A stretch of DNA of 64,000 nt from the NCBI GenBank assembly GCA_902786465.1, contig CADACQ010000009.1, positions 87,501 to 151,500 of the forward strand. The letters run 5' to 3'. The translations under genes and the position numbers were made by a program. The DNA comes from an uncultured Eubacteriales bacterium. Lineage in GTDB: Bacteria > Bacillota > Clostridia > Christensenellales > CAG-138. Position 1 is the stretch's first letter; every line of letters starts with the position of its first letter. Below, piece after piece: positions 28,787-38,899 of the stretch. Under the pieces are notes generated by a model that saw only the letters and a list, made by a program, of their open reading frames with translations, did not search any database and was not told the DNA's origin.

Positions 28787-30942
28787 GCTTCCTCCTTGGG
28801 ATAGGTGATGCGGTCGTGCAAAATCCCGGCGAAGGTCTGCAAAAAGCTCTCCTCCACCCGGGCAAGCTCGCTCAGCGTGAGATCGCAGTTCACCAGCTGC
28901 CCGTCCTCCATCTTGCCCCGGATGACCCGATGGACCATGTCCTTCACCTGTTCGGGGCTGGGGCCGCCCAGGGAGCGCACCGCCGCCTCGCAGCTGTCCG
29001 CCATCATGACGATGGCGCTTTCCTTCGTGCTGGGCTTGGGGCCCGGATAGCGGAAGTCCGCCTCCCGCACGTCCTCCCCCGCCTTCTTGGCCTTCACATA
29101 GAAGTAGGCGGTCATGGTGGTGCCGTGATGCTCCCGCACGATGGCACGCACGGCGGCGGGCACCCGATACCGCTGCAGGATGGCGTCCCCGTCCGCCACG
29201 TGGGCGATGATGATCCGGGAGCTCTCCCGGGGCGGCAGCTCGTCGTGGGGGTTGACGCCGTTGGCCTGGTTCTCGGCAAAGTGCCGGGGGGATTTGAGCT
29301 TGCCCGCGTCATGGACGGCGGCCGCCGCCTTGGCGAGCAGGGCGTTGGCGCCAATGCTCCTTGCCCCGCTCTCCGCCAACAGGGCCGCCATCTGGCAGTG
29401 ATGGTAGGTGCCGGGGGCGTTGTTCATGAGCCGCCGCTGAAGGGGATGGTCCATATTGAGGAGCTCGTTGAGCTTGGTGCGGGAGGGAAGATCGAAGAGG
29501 ATCTCCCAGATGGCCGTGAGGCCCAAGGCCAGCACCAGGGCGATGATGGCGCCCACGAAGAACAGGCCGAAGGCCGTGACGCTGATGAGCAGGCCGTCCC
29601 CCGCCAGAAGCTTGGGCACCGCCGGAAGGAGGCCCCCCACCGCGCCGCCCACGATAGCCGCCGGGACCATGGCGGGTCGCTTGTCGTCCACCGCCAGGAT
29701 GCCCACCGCCACCACCGCCGCCAGCAGGGTGCCGGCCACCAGGGCGAAGGTCTCCCCCGCCAGCAGGCCGGAGGGCGGCAGCAGCAGCCCCGCCGTCAGG
29801 GCCACGGGCACGCTGGCGCCCAGGGCCGTCCGCTTCTCGTGGGTGGCGGCGATCATGAGGGGGGCCAGCAGGACCGGTGCGATGCGGCTCTCAAAGAGGG
29901 TGAAGACCCAGCACACCGCCAGGTTCAGCATGAGCAGCAGGCACAGCCGCACCATGACCAGGGGCGACAGGGCGGTTTCCCGTTCAAAGAGCAGCAGATA
30001 CAAACCGTAGACCAGGTACACGGGCAGCAGATACAGCAGGAAGCTCCCTACGGGGCCCCTGTCCGCGCCCGTTTTCAGCATGTCCAGGGCCACCAGGTGC
30101 AGGATGTCCTTTTGGGAAAGGGTCGTCCCCTTCTTGAAGAGCAGCTCCCCCTTCTTGACGGCCACCGGCGTCACGTCGTTCGCGGCAGCGGTGCGGGCCT
30201 TCTCCGTCTCCACCTGGTCCACCACGGCGGAGGCCACGAAAAACTTGTCGATCAGGTTCCCGGCCAGCTCCGTCTTGCTGACGGCGGGCAGGCTGGTCTG
30301 CTTCATAGCCTCCTTGGCCCGGTAGCGGGCGGACTCCAGCTCGCTTTCCTTCACGCCGGCGTTCATCCCCGTCAGGATGGCGTCCTCCAGGGCCGCCCGA
30401 AGGGGGCCGCTGTCGGGCAGGCTCCCGGCGGCATGGAGGCTGCTGCGGGGCAGATAGGTGTTGAGGAGGGAATAGGCCATGACGGAGTCCAGGGTGCCGC
30501 TGAGGCCGTACTCGTTGAGCTTCGACTGGAGTTCCGTCTCCTTCACCAGCACGTTCCAGGCGGTCTGGTTGTAGAGCATGCCGTTGTACTCCTGGGCCCC
30601 CTCCTCCCAGCGCAGTACCATGTCCTTCATGAACAGATCGTACTGGTCGAACCAGGCGGCCAGGGCCTGTCCCTGGGCGGCGACGATGGACTCGTCCAGG
30701 CGGTAGACCGGCTGGACCCGGTCCCGGGCTGCCTGCCGGAGCTCGTCGGTCCGATAGGCGTCGGTCCCGGCCACGGGATAGACCACGTCCTCCGTCAGTA
30801 CGTCCCCGGCCTGCACGTCCAAGCGCACGTCCGGGTAGCGGAGGCACAGGAGGAACAGGTTCACCAGGCATACCAAAATGAGCAGCGGCAGCCCCACGGC
30901 CCGCTTGAGCCCTCTTCTTATGCTCGCTCTCTGTCCGTCCAT
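28783..30942 (-). CDS. 7TM-receptor/HD-domain phosphohydrolase (YqfF/PgpH family)
   Basis: 719 aa comprising an extracellular N-terminal domain, a 7-TM block and a C-terminal HD domain (HDAGK..., REHHGTT). Confidence 0.85.
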   Translation of the reverse strand: MDGQRASIRRGLKRAVGLPLLILVCLVNLFLLCLRYPDVRLDVQAGDVLTEDVVYPVAGTDAYRTDELRQAARDRVQPVYRLDESIVAAQGQALAAWFDQYDLFMKDMVLRWEEGAQEYNGMLYNQTAWNVLVKETELQSKLNEYGLSGTLDSVMAYSLLNTYLPRSSLHAAGSLPDSGPLRAALEDAILTGMNAGVKESELESARYRAKEAMKQTSLPAVSKTELAGNLIDKFFVASAVVDQVETEKARTAAANDVTPVAVKKGELLFKKGTTLSQKDILHLVALDMLKTGADRGPVGSFLLYLLPVYLVYGLYLLLFERETALSPLVMVRLCLLLMLNLAVCWVFTLFESRIAPVLLAPLMIAATHEKRTALGASVPVALTAGLLLPPSGLLAGETFALVAGTLLAAVVAVGILAVDDKRPAMVPAAIVGGAVGGLLPAVPKLLAGDGLLISVTAFGLFFVGAIIALVLALGLTAIWEILFDLPSRTKLNELLNMDHPLQRRLMNNAPGTYHHCQMAALLAESGARSIGANALLAKAAAAVHDAGKLKSPRHFAENQANGVNPHDELPPRESSRIIIAHVADGDAILQRYRVPAAVRAIVREHHGTTMTAYFYVKAKKAGEDVREADFRYPGPKPSTKESAIVMMADSCEAAVRSLGGPSPEQVKDMVHRVIRGKMEDGQLVNCDLTLSELARVEESFLQTFAGILHDRITYPKEEA

Positions 30943-30961
30943 AGCTTGTCCCCCGCTGCTG

Positions 30962-31924
30962 TCAACCGTTCTTTTCGCTGCGCTCGTAGGCCTGGATGAT
31001 CCGCTGGACCAGCTCGTGGCGCACCACGTCCTTGTGGGTGAGCTGGATGACCTTGATCCCCTCCACGTCCCGGAGGATGCCGATGGCGTGGATAAGGCCG
31101 CTCTTCTTCTCCCGGGGCAGGTCGATCTGGGTGATGTCGCCGGTGATGATGGCCCGGCTCCCCTCGCCGAGGCGGGTCAGGAACATCTTCATCTGCTCGA
31201 TGGAGCAGTTCTGGGCTTCGTCCAGGATGATGTATGCGTTGTTGAGGGTCCGGCCCCGCATGTACGCCAGGGGCGCCACCTCGATGGCCCCCCGCTCCAT
31301 CAAATTCCGGTAGGTCTCCATGCCGAAGAACTCCTGCAGGGCGTCGTAGAGGGGCCGCAGATAGGGGTCCACCTTGTTCTGCAGGTCGCCGGGTAGGAAG
31401 CCCAGCTTCTCCCCCGCCTCCACGGCGGGCCGAGTCAGGATGATCCTGTCCACTTCCTTATTCTTGAAGGCCAGCACCGCCATGGCCACGGCCAAATAGG
31501 TCTTGCCCGTGCCTGCGGGGCCCACGCCGAAGACCAGCTCATATTCCTTCAGAGCCTGGACGTACTTCTTCTGGCCCAGGGTCTTGCACTTGATCTGCTT
31601 GCCCCGGGCGGTGAGGGCCACCACGTCGCCCATGATCTCGGAAATCAGATCCGCGTTCCCCTCTCTGGCCAGGTCCACCGCGTACCGGATGCGGCTCCGG
31701 TTGATGGGCTCCCCCTTGCGCTGCATGGACAGGAGCTTTTCGAGGACCGTCCTGCAGAGGGCGGCGTTCTCCGCCTCCCCCTCGATGCCGATGCCGTCCC
31801 CGTTCACGGTGATGAGGGTGCCCGTCTCCTGCTCGAAGACGGAGATGTTTTCGTCCAGGACGCCGAACAGGCCCGCGGCGTCCTCCATGCTGTCAAGCTC
31901 GATCCGTTCCGTTTTGATCTCCAT
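30962..31924 (-). CDS. phoH: PhoH-family ATPase
   Basis: 320 aa with Walker A GPAGTGKT and YIILDEAQN. Confidence 0.9.
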   Translation of the reverse strand: MEIKTERIELDSMEDAAGLFGVLDENISVFEQETGTLITVNGDGIGIEGEAENAALCRTVLEKLLSMQRKGEPINRSRIRYAVDLAREGNADLISEIMGDVVALTARGKQIKCKTLGQKKYVQALKEYELVFGVGPAGTGKTYLAVAMAVLAFKNKEVDRIILTRPAVEAGEKLGFLPGDLQNKVDPYLRPLYDALQEFFGMETYRNLMERGAIEVAPLAYMRGRTLNNAYIILDEAQNCSIEQMKMFLTRLGEGSRAIITGDITQIDLPREKKSGLIHAIGILRDVEGIKVIQLTHKDVVRHELVQRIIQAYERSEKNG

Positions 31925-31931
31925 GAAATCC

Positions 31932-33101
31932 TTACGATATCTCCTTTGTGTATCCGATATTTTCCTCTGTGGTCACCGTGCAGACGCCGTACAGCTTCCC
32001 GCCCTTTTCCACGGTGTGGCGATCGATCATGATGATCTTTGCCCCCCGGGGCACCTGCAATAGCGCCATGCGCTCCGCTTCGAAGAGGGCCGCTTCCTTC
32101 CGTTCCGCCGGGGTCAGGGTCCGCTCCGTCTTTACCTTCTCCCGCCAGGTCCCGTAGCATACGCTGAGGGGCCAGGGCGTCAGGGTGATCGCATCTTCAT
32201 CCGTTGCCAGCTCGGCGTCCTCGAAGGGGCAGCCTCGCTCCAGCCATTTCCACGAGCCCCCGTACAGGGCGGCATAGGGGGCGGTCGCTCCCGTCTCGGC
32301 CCATTCCACCGCCGTCCGCGGGGCTTCCACCTGGGCCTTGTAGAGAACGGCGGCCAGCACCTCCCCGTAGGCGTGGGTGGAATAGGTCATGGACCCGTCC
32401 CGGGCGGTGACGCGGCCGGCGATGAGCAGCTGACCCTTCTTCACCCGGTCCCCGGCCCTGACCTGAGCCCGGCCCCCGTAGGCGGTGATCTTGGTGACGA
32501 CGCCGTCTCGGGTGGACACCAGATCGCAGGGCACCGTCAGATCCAGGCGCTCCCCTTCGGCCATGGCCTCCCGGGCCCGGACCCGGAGGAAGACGCCGTC
32601 CACGTGGAGCTCCAAAAAGGCCAGCTCGTCGTACTGAGCTGCCACGTAGTCCCCCACATCGGAGAGAACGAGGGCCCGGGCGTCCCGGCCCGGCGACAAG
32701 CCCTGCTCCAGGAGAGATTGGCGGAGCACCGCCTCGTCCATGCGTCGGCAGCCCTGAATGTCCACGAACCAGATCCGCTGGGAGGCCCACCAGGTCAAAA
32801 GCAGCGTACAGGCCATGCCCAGGAGGAGCACCCGGCGGCGCCACAGCCGCCTAAGGCGAAAGGGGCCGCCCATCTTCTTCAGGATGCGCACCCGGCAGCG
32901 GCGGCGCCGGTCCAGCCTATGGAGCTTTCGAAAGTCCCGGGCGGGCATGGTGCAGATCAGGGTGCGGCTGTCCAGCCGCCTGAGGTCCCACAGAGGCACG
33001 CCTGACGCCTCCAAAAGGGAGGCCACGCGCTCGGGATATACTCCTTCAATTTGGATTATAACATACCCGTTGTAAAAAAGCCACTTTTTCTTATTCCCCA
33101 T
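31932..33101 (-). CDS. yqfD: Sporulation protein YqfD
   Basis: 389 aa starting ...YVIIQIEGVYPERVASLLEASGVPLWDL, with a central TM segment. It follows yqfC. Confidence 0.85.
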   Translation of the reverse strand: MGNKKKWLFYNGYVIIQIEGVYPERVASLLEASGVPLWDLRRLDSRTLICTMPARDFRKLHRLDRRRRCRVRILKKMGGPFRLRRLWRRRVLLLGMACTLLLTWWASQRIWFVDIQGCRRMDEAVLRQSLLEQGLSPGRDARALVLSDVGDYVAAQYDELAFLELHVDGVFLRVRAREAMAEGERLDLTVPCDLVSTRDGVVTKITAYGGRAQVRAGDRVKKGQLLIAGRVTARDGSMTYSTHAYGEVLAAVLYKAQVEAPRTAVEWAETGATAPYAALYGGSWKWLERGCPFEDAELATDEDAITLTPWPLSVCYGTWREKVKTERTLTPAERKEAALFEAERMALLQVPRGAKIIMIDRHTVEKGGKLYGVCTVTTEENIGYTKEIS

Positions 33102-33360
33102 AGGCCCACCGCATAAGCCGCCCCACGATCAGCGCCTGGCTCTCCCCCAGCTCCTTCACCAGCAGCCCTTCCCCTGCCACGCTGAGGACGCCGCAGCCTG
33201 TCAACAGCAGCACCTCCTGCTCCGTGCAGCGGCGGACGCCGGACACGTTCTCCACCAGCATCTTGTCCCGACCCACCACGGTGATCCGGGGCACATGGGG
33301 GTCCATATCCTCCGGCAGGTCCAGCAGCCGGAGCGTGCGTTTCCACAGATCTTTCCTCAT
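33091..33360 (-). CDS. yqfC: Sporulation protein YqfC
   Basis: Trimmed from the 33091..34368 shadow ORF. It reads MRKDLWKRTLRLLDLPEDMDPHVPRITVVG...LLVKELGESQALIVG and is 89 aa. Confidence 0.8.
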   Translation of the reverse strand: MRKDLWKRTLRLLDLPEDMDPHVPRITVVGRDKMLVENVSGVRRCTEQEVLLLTGCGVLSVAGEGLLVKELGESQALIVGRLMRWAYGE

Positions 33361-33444
33361 AGTCCAGCATATGCAAATAATGGTCCTGTACAACGAAAAG
33401 ATTATCTGGTATGGTATATGGTATCGAATCAGGAGGAAAGAACC

Positions 33445-34380
33445 ATGGAAATGAACGAAAAGATCGAATATGACCTCAGCAAGCCGGAGACCGCGCCGGT
33501 CCCGTCCAGGCGGGAGATGCGTCGAGCCTTCAGCCGCATGGCCCTGGGGCTGTGTTTGGGGCTGCTGGCGAGCGAGCTGGTGCCCACGGTGCTGCAGTCC
33601 GTCATCCCGGACTACGACGCCCAGGCTCACGCCTTTTTGGTGGGGGGCCTGTGCACGGGGCTGTTCACCCTGCCGGTGATGCTGCTGCTCACCCGGCGCA
33701 TCTCGACGAAAAAGCCTGAAAAAGGCCGGCTGTCCCTGGGCGGCTTTTTCGCCCTGGTGGCCATCTGCTACGCCTGCATGATCGTGGGGAACCTGGTGGG
33801 CATGGGCATCAACAGCATCCTGTCCCCCAACTCCGTAAACCTGATCGGGGAGCTGGCCACCGCCGCCGGTGCCTCCGCGGAGATGGTGGTCGCCTTCGTG
33901 GTGCTGGCCCCGGTGTTCGAGGAGCTGGTATTCCGGAAGGTCCTGGTGGACCACGTGCTGCCCTTCGGGGAGTGGCCCTCCATCCTGTTCTCCGGCATCA
34001 CCTTCGGCCTCTTTCACGGGAACCTGACCCAGTTCTTCTACGCGACGGTGCTGGGCATGATCCTGGCGTATGTGTACATCCGCTGGGGGAACATCCTCTA
34101 CACCATCGGCATCCACGCCTGCATCAACTTCCTGGGCGGGGTGCTGCCGGTGCTGGTCCCCGCCGCCTCCTACTTCATCCTGCTGGTGGCCCTGGCGGGG
34201 GTGGTGCTGTTCTTCGTTCTCAAGAAGAACGTCCATGTCGACCGGAACGCCGTGCCCGGCGTGGGCGGGGCCATGTTCGGCAACGGGGGCATGATCCTGT
34301 TCATGATCCTGGGGTGCTTGCTCATGGTGCTGGTGGCGGTGGTCATGAACCACCCGGAGCTGACCCAAGGGCTCATGTAA
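33445..34380 (+). CDS. CPBP-family intramembrane glutamic endopeptidase (CAAX protease/Abi)
   Basis: The ATG at 33445 follows AGGAGG. The motifs EELVFRK and FGLFH are present. Confidence 0.8.
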   Translation: MEMNEKIEYDLSKPETAPVPSRREMRRAFSRMALGLCLGLLASELVPTVLQSVIPDYDAQAHAFLVGGLCTGLFTLPVMLLLTRRISTKKPEKGRLSLGGFFALVAICYACMIVGNLVGMGINSILSPNSVNLIGELATAAGASAEMVVAFVVLAPVFEELVFRKVLVDHVLPFGEWPSILFSGITFGLFHGNLTQFFYATVLGMILAYVYIRWGNILYTIGIHACINFLGGVLPVLVPAASYFILLVALAGVVLFFVLKKNVHVDRNAVPGVGGAMFGNGGMILFMILGCLLMVLVAVVMNHPELTQGLM

Positions 34381-34395
34381 AAACCCGAGTATATG

Positions 34396-34425
34396 AAAAG
34401 GAGCCGGAGACCGGCTCCTTTTTTG
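34396..34425. terminator. Bidirectional terminator between convergent CPBP and ABC permease genes
   Basis: AAAAGGAGCCGG-aga-CCGGCTCCTTTT, with A/T runs on both sides. Confidence 0.65.
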
Positions 34426-34440
34426 ATGCTTGGAGATAAG

Positions 34441-35379
34441 CTACCGTTGCCCCTTGTCGTAGGGGATGCCCTCGGCCTTGGGGGCCCGGGACTTCTTGGA
34501 GGTGAACGCCAGGACCACCAGGGAGATGATATAGGGCAGCATGTTGTAGACGTTGCCGGGGATGTTCAGGGCCGCCAGGAAATCGAAGCCGCTGTACACG
34601 TTGGACAGGGCCCTGAAGAGGCCGAAGAGCAGGGCCGACACGGCGATGCGGATGGGCTTCCACTGACCGAAGATCATGACCGCCAGAGCCAGGAAGCCGA
34701 AGCCGGCCACGCCGTTTTCGAACTTCCACAGGGACACGCCCGCCAGGATGTAGCAGAGGCCGCCCATGCCGCCCAGCAGGCCGGAGAGGAGCACGCCGGA
34801 CCAGCGCATCCGGTAGACGTTGATGCCCACGGAGTCCGCCGCCTGGGGATGCTCGCCGCAGGCCATGAGCCGAAGGCCGAACTTGGTCTTGTAGAGGAGG
34901 ATGTACACCACCACCACGGCGACGACCACCAGGAGCATGAACCAGTTGAACTCGAACCCGCCGATGCTCACCATGAACTTCTCACGGGCCGCCACGTAGC
35001 TGATCTCGGAGGAGTGGTTGTCGGGGTTCATGGCGGTGTTCATGGCCTTCACGAAGACCGTGGCGCCGGCGGTGCCCAGCAGGTTCATGGCCGTACCCAC
35101 CAGAGTCTGGTCCGCCTTGAAGTTGATGCACGCCACGCCCAGCAAGCAGGAGTAGAGCATGCCGAAGGCGATGGCGGCCAGGATGGACAGGATGACCAGC
35201 AGGGGCCCGGGCAGGGTGGCCAGGTTGCTCATGACCAGCGCGCCGCCCAGGGCGCCGATGACCATGATGCCCTCAAGGCCCAGGTTGATGACGCCGGAAT
35301 GCTCGGAGATACAGCCGCCCAGGGCCACCAGGGTGAGGACGGAGGAAAAGATCAGGGTGTATTGGATCAGCAGCAGCAT
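34441..35379 (-). CDS. ABC transporter permease (BMP/nucleoside-type, RbsC-like)
   Basis: 312 aa polytopic protein, the last gene of an ATPase-permease-permease operon. Confidence 0.85.
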   Translation of the reverse strand: MLLLIQYTLIFSSVLTLVALGGCISEHSGVINLGLEGIMVIGALGGALVMSNLATLPGPLLVILSILAAIAFGMLYSCLLGVACINFKADQTLVGTAMNLLGTAGATVFVKAMNTAMNPDNHSSEISYVAAREKFMVSIGGFEFNWFMLLVVVAVVVVYILLYKTKFGLRLMACGEHPQAADSVGINVYRMRWSGVLLSGLLGGMGGLCYILAGVSLWKFENGVAGFGFLALAVMIFGQWKPIRIAVSALLFGLFRALSNVYSGFDFLAALNIPGNVYNMLPYIISLVVLAFTSKKSRAPKAEGIPYDKGQR

Positions 35380-36515
35380 TACCGATCGCCTCCTTTCCCG
35401 GCAGCAGGGGCCGGTTTCTTGGGCGCCTTGTCTCCCCGCTTAGCGAGGAACTTGCGGATGGTCAGCTTGATGAAGAGCACGAAGCCGCAGAGGTAGATGA
35501 TCACCGCGGAGATGAGATCGGAGATCTGGGCGCAGTACATGTTGGTGTTCACGAAGGCGCCGCCGTCGGTGATGTGCTGGATGAAGTAGGAGGAGAACAG
35601 GGTGCCGATGGGGCTGAGGCCCCCCAGGAAGGCGGCGGCGATGCCGTTGAAGCCCATGCCCGGCACGGAGGACTGGGTGCACTCCCAGCGCATATAGCCC
35701 GTCTGATAGAGGAACGACGCGCCGAGGCCCGCCAGGCTCCCCGCGATGGTGAGGGTCAGGATGATGTTCCGCTTCTCGGCCATGCCGCAGTACTTGGCGG
35801 CGTTCTTGTTGTAGCCGGTGGCCTTGAGCTCGTAGCCGAACTTGGTCCTATCGAGGACCACGCCCACCGCTATGGCGATGAGGATGGTCAGCGGGATGGC
35901 GATGGTCACGTACTCGTTCCCGCCGAAGAGCTTGTCCAGGCCCATCTTGGGCAGGAAGGCCTTGGGGTTCACCTTGTCGAGATACAGGGTGTAGGGGCTG
36001 GCTCCCTCCTTCACCTTAGTGAGGATGGTGTTGGTGGTATAGAGAGCGATCCAGTTGAGCATGATGCCCGAGATGACCTCGTTCACGTTGCAGTAGGACT
36101 TGAGAAGGCCTACGATGCAGCCCAGGAGCGCGCCGGCGCAGATGGCCATGAGCATGCAGGCGTACCAGGGGAGGCCCAGGCCCAAGGCGCCGTAGAGACA
36201 GGCGCAGGCGCCCGCCACGTACTGGCCGGCGGTGCCGATGTTGAACAGGCCCACCTTGTAGGCGAACAGGATGCTCAAGGAGCACAGCACCAGGGGCATG
36301 GTCTTCGCCAAAGTGTTGGCAAACTTGCGCCACTGGGTGGCGGGCTTACTGTAGGTCATAAAGTTCTTGAGCACGTTGACGATGGACTCACTGGCGCCGG
36401 CCGGATTGATGCACAGCAGCACGATGTATCCGATGAGCACACCCAGCAGGATGCAGATGAGGGAGGCGATCAGCGCCTGTGCCCCTTCTTTTTCCAGAAA
36501 TCTGCCCTTCTTCAT
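35379..36515 (-). CDS. ABC transporter permease (BMP/nucleoside-type)
   Basis: 378 aa polytopic protein with overlapping start/stop codons to both neighbours. Confidence 0.85.
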   Translation of the reverse strand: MKKGRFLEKEGAQALIASLICILLGVLIGYIVLLCINPAGASESIVNVLKNFMTYSKPATQWRKFANTLAKTMPLVLCSLSILFAYKVGLFNIGTAGQYVAGACACLYGALGLGLPWYACMLMAICAGALLGCIVGLLKSYCNVNEVISGIMLNWIALYTTNTILTKVKEGASPYTLYLDKVNPKAFLPKMGLDKLFGGNEYVTIAIPLTILIAIAVGVVLDRTKFGYELKATGYNKNAAKYCGMAEKRNIILTLTIAGSLAGLGASFLYQTGYMRWECTQSSVPGMGFNGIAAAFLGGLSPIGTLFSSYFIQHITDGGAFVNTNMYCAQISDLISAVIIYLCGFVLFIKLTIRKFLAKRGDKAPKKPAPAAGKGGDR

Positions 36516-38098
36516 GCGATCACCTCATCTCTCTTGGCACCGGCCATGTAGAGGCCCAGCTCCTCCTGTGTGGTCTTCTTGGGGTCCAGCTCGCCCACGA
36601 TCTCGCCCTCGTACATGACCAGGATCCGATCGGGCACGTCCATGACCTCGTCCAGCTCCAGGGATACCAGCAGCACGGCCTTGCCCGCGTCACGCTGGGC
36701 CACCAGCTGCTTGTGGATGTATTCGATGGCGCCCACGTCCAGGCCGCGGGTGGGCTGTACCGCCACCAGAAGCTCGGGGTCCTTGTCGATCTCCCGGCCC
36801 ACGATGGCCTTCTGCTGGTTGCCGCCGGACATGCTGCGGGCGATGGTGATGGGGCCCTGACCGGAACGAACGTCGTACTGCTCGATGAGCTTTTCGGCGT
36901 ACTTGCGGATGTTGCCCCGCTTCAGGAAGCCCGCCTTATCCGTGAACTCCGGCTCGAAGTACCGCTCCAGGATGAAGTTGTATTCGAGGGAATAATCCAG
37001 GACCAGACCGTGCTTGTGCCGGTCCTCGGGGATGTGGCTCATGCCCAGGATGTTCCGCTCCCGGATGGGGGCCTTGCTGATGTCCTTGCCGTTGAGCAGG
37101 ATCTTGCCGGACACCAAGGGCTCGAGGCCGGTGAGGCCATAGACGAACTCGGTCTGGCCGTTGCCGTCGATACCGGCGAGGCACACGATCTCGCCCCGGC
37201 GGACCTTCAGGGACACGTTCTTCACGGCGTTGTTGCTATGGGCCTTGGAGGCCACGGTCATGTTCTCCACGGAGAGGACCACCTCGCCGGGCTCCTTGGG
37301 CTCCTTGGCCACGTGGAAGTTGACGTTGCGGCCCACCATCATGGCGGAGAGCTCCTCGGCGGTGGTGTTCTTGGTCTCCACGGTGCCGATGTACTTGCCC
37401 TTGCGGAGCACGGAGCAGCGGTCCGCCACGGCCATGATCTCGTTGAGCTTGTGGGAGATGAACAGGATGCTCTTGCCCTCCTTGGAGAGATTCTTCATGA
37501 TGGCCATGAGCTCGTCGATCTCCTGGGGGGTCAGCACGGCGGTGGGCTCGTCGAAGATCAGGATCTCGTTGTCCCGATAGAGCATCTTCAAAATCTCGGT
37601 GCGCTGCTGCATGCCCACGGTGATGTCCTCGATGCGGGCGTCCGGGTCCACCTGCAGGCCGTACTTCTCGGACAGGGCCAGGATCTTCTTCCGGGCCTCG
37701 TCCTTCTGGAGGAAGCCGGCCTTGGTGGGTTCCACGCCCATGATGATGTTATCGAGGACCGTGAAGCATTCCACCAGCTTGAAGTGCTGATGGACCATCC
37801 CGATGCCCAGATCGTTGGCGTCGTTGGGGTCCTTGATCTGGACCTCTTTGCCGTCCTTCTTGATGATCCCCTCCTCCGGCTGATAGAGGCCGAACAGCAC
37901 GCTCATCAGCGTGCTCTTGCCCGCGCCGTTCTCACCGAGGAGCGCGTGGATCTCGCCCTTTTTCAGCTGAAGGGTGATGTCGTCGTTGGCGATGATACCC
38001 GGGAACCGCTTGGTGATGTGCAGCATCTCTATGGCATAGGGACTCTGCGCCGCGGCGGATTTGACTTCTTCCAAGGTGAACGCCCTCCTTCTTCTCAA
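36512..38098 (-). CDS. ABC transporter ATP-binding protein with duplicated ATPase domains
   Basis: It has two Walker A sites (GENGAGKST, GIDGNGQTE) and LSGGNQQK. A more likely start is the TTG at 38074, preceded by GAAGGAGGG. Confidence 0.9.
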   Translation of the reverse strand: MRRRRAFTLEEVKSAAAQSPYAIEMLHITKRFPGIIANDDITLQLKKGEIHALLGENGAGKSTLMSVLFGLYQPEEGIIKKDGKEVQIKDPNDANDLGIGMVHQHFKLVECFTVLDNIIMGVEPTKAGFLQKDEARKKILALSEKYGLQVDPDARIEDITVGMQQRTEILKMLYRDNEILIFDEPTAVLTPQEIDELMAIMKNLSKEGKSILFISHKLNEIMAVADRCSVLRKGKYIGTVETKNTTAEELSAMMVGRNVNFHVAKEPKEPGEVVLSVENMTVASKAHSNNAVKNVSLKVRRGEIVCLAGIDGNGQTEFVYGLTGLEPLVSGKILLNGKDISKAPIRERNILGMSHIPEDRHKHGLVLDYSLEYNFILERYFEPEFTDKAGFLKRGNIRKYAEKLIEQYDVRSGQGPITIARSMSGGNQQKAIVGREIDKDPELLVAVQPTRGLDVGAIEYIHKQLVAQRDAGKAVLLVSLELDEVMDVPDRILVMYEGEIVGELDPKKTTQEELGLYMAGAKRDEVIA

Positions 38099-38188
38099 GA
38101 CTCATGGCATACCATGCCACTATGGGAACAGTATACTATATGGCCTGGCATAAATCAAAACATATTTTACGATTTGTGACAAAATTAT

Positions 38189-38218
38189 GACAAACAAAAG
38201 CGCCGCGGGGCGGCGCTT
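38189..38218 (-). terminator. Terminator after the ECF S-component gene
   Basis: Minus strand reads AAGCGCCG-ccccg-CGGCGCTT followed by TTGTTTG. Confidence 0.6.
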
Positions 38219-38236
38219 CATTGGATGAGAGATGGT

Positions 38237-38770
38237 TTATTCGTTCAGCATGAGCTTGGCCTTCTTGAGGGCGGCCACCACCGGCGGGATCAGAACGAGC
38301 TGCAGGACGATGCCCGGCCAGGCGTTGGCGAAGGCGCCGGCCCAGAAGGCGGCCAGGGTGAAGCTCTTGCCGGCGGCGCCCATGAGAAGGGTCATGGCGA
38401 GGCCCCACACGAGGCGCCCGCCGATCATGGCGAGGATCAGCGCCAGGTACAGGTAAGGGGTCTTCTTGGGCAGGAGCTTATAGAAGAGCCCGGACAGGAG
38501 CCCGTAGGCCGCCAGCTCGAAGGCCATGGCCGTGGCCGTGGGGAACAGGGGCGGCATCCCGAAGAGAAGGGAGCGCAGGATGGGCGCGATCAGGCCCACG
38601 GCGAGGCCCCACACCGGCCCGCAGAGGAAGCCGCAGAGGAGCACGGGGATGTGCATGGGCAACAGCTTGCTGCCGATCTGGGGGATCTGGCCCGTGAGGA
38701 AGGGCAGCACCAGGCACAAAGCGAGGCACACGCCGGCGTAGGTCAGCTTCAAAACGTTCTTGTTTTTCAT
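38237..38770 (-). CDS. ECF-transporter S-component-like membrane protein, substrate unknown
   Basis: Trimmed to the ATG at 38770. It is 177 aa with about 6 TM segments: MKNKNVLKLTYAGVCLALCLVLPFLTG...LPMHIPVLLCGFLCGPVWG. No ECF A or T genes lie nearby. Confidence 0.65.
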   Translation of the reverse strand: MKNKNVLKLTYAGVCLALCLVLPFLTGQIPQIGSKLLPMHIPVLLCGFLCGPVWGLAVGLIAPILRSLLFGMPPLFPTATAMAFELAAYGLLSGLFYKLLPKKTPYLYLALILAMIGGRLVWGLAMTLLMGAAGKSFTLAAFWAGAFANAWPGIVLQLVLIPPVVAALKKAKLMLNE

Positions 38771-38899
38771 GGGTTTTCCTTTCTTTGGACGCAAAAAGCA
38801 CCGCCCTCCGTTCACGGAAGGCGATGCCTTCAAAGCATCCGTTCAAATGATAGTATTGGCGGGCGTGCTGCCCCGTGCCGACTTCCTGCCGACGGGGAA
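38771..38899 (-). promoter_or_regulatory. Structured 5' leader with terminator/antiterminator (orphan riboswitch or attenuator candidate)
   Basis: The minus-strand terminator is CGCCTTCCG-tgaa-CGGAGGGCG followed by GTGCTTTTTG (38792..38823). An upstream segment, CAGCACGCCCGCC (38858..38870), is nearly complementary to the terminator 3' half. A 5' hairpin, CCCCGT...ACGGGG, encloses the direct repeat GTCGGCA-GGAA-GTCGGCA. Confidence 0.45.

Noticed and set aside
28816-30999. 727-aa plus-strand ORF
   Set aside because: It is antisense to the PgpH/YqfF-type HD-domain gene. It is a GC-driven shadow ORF.
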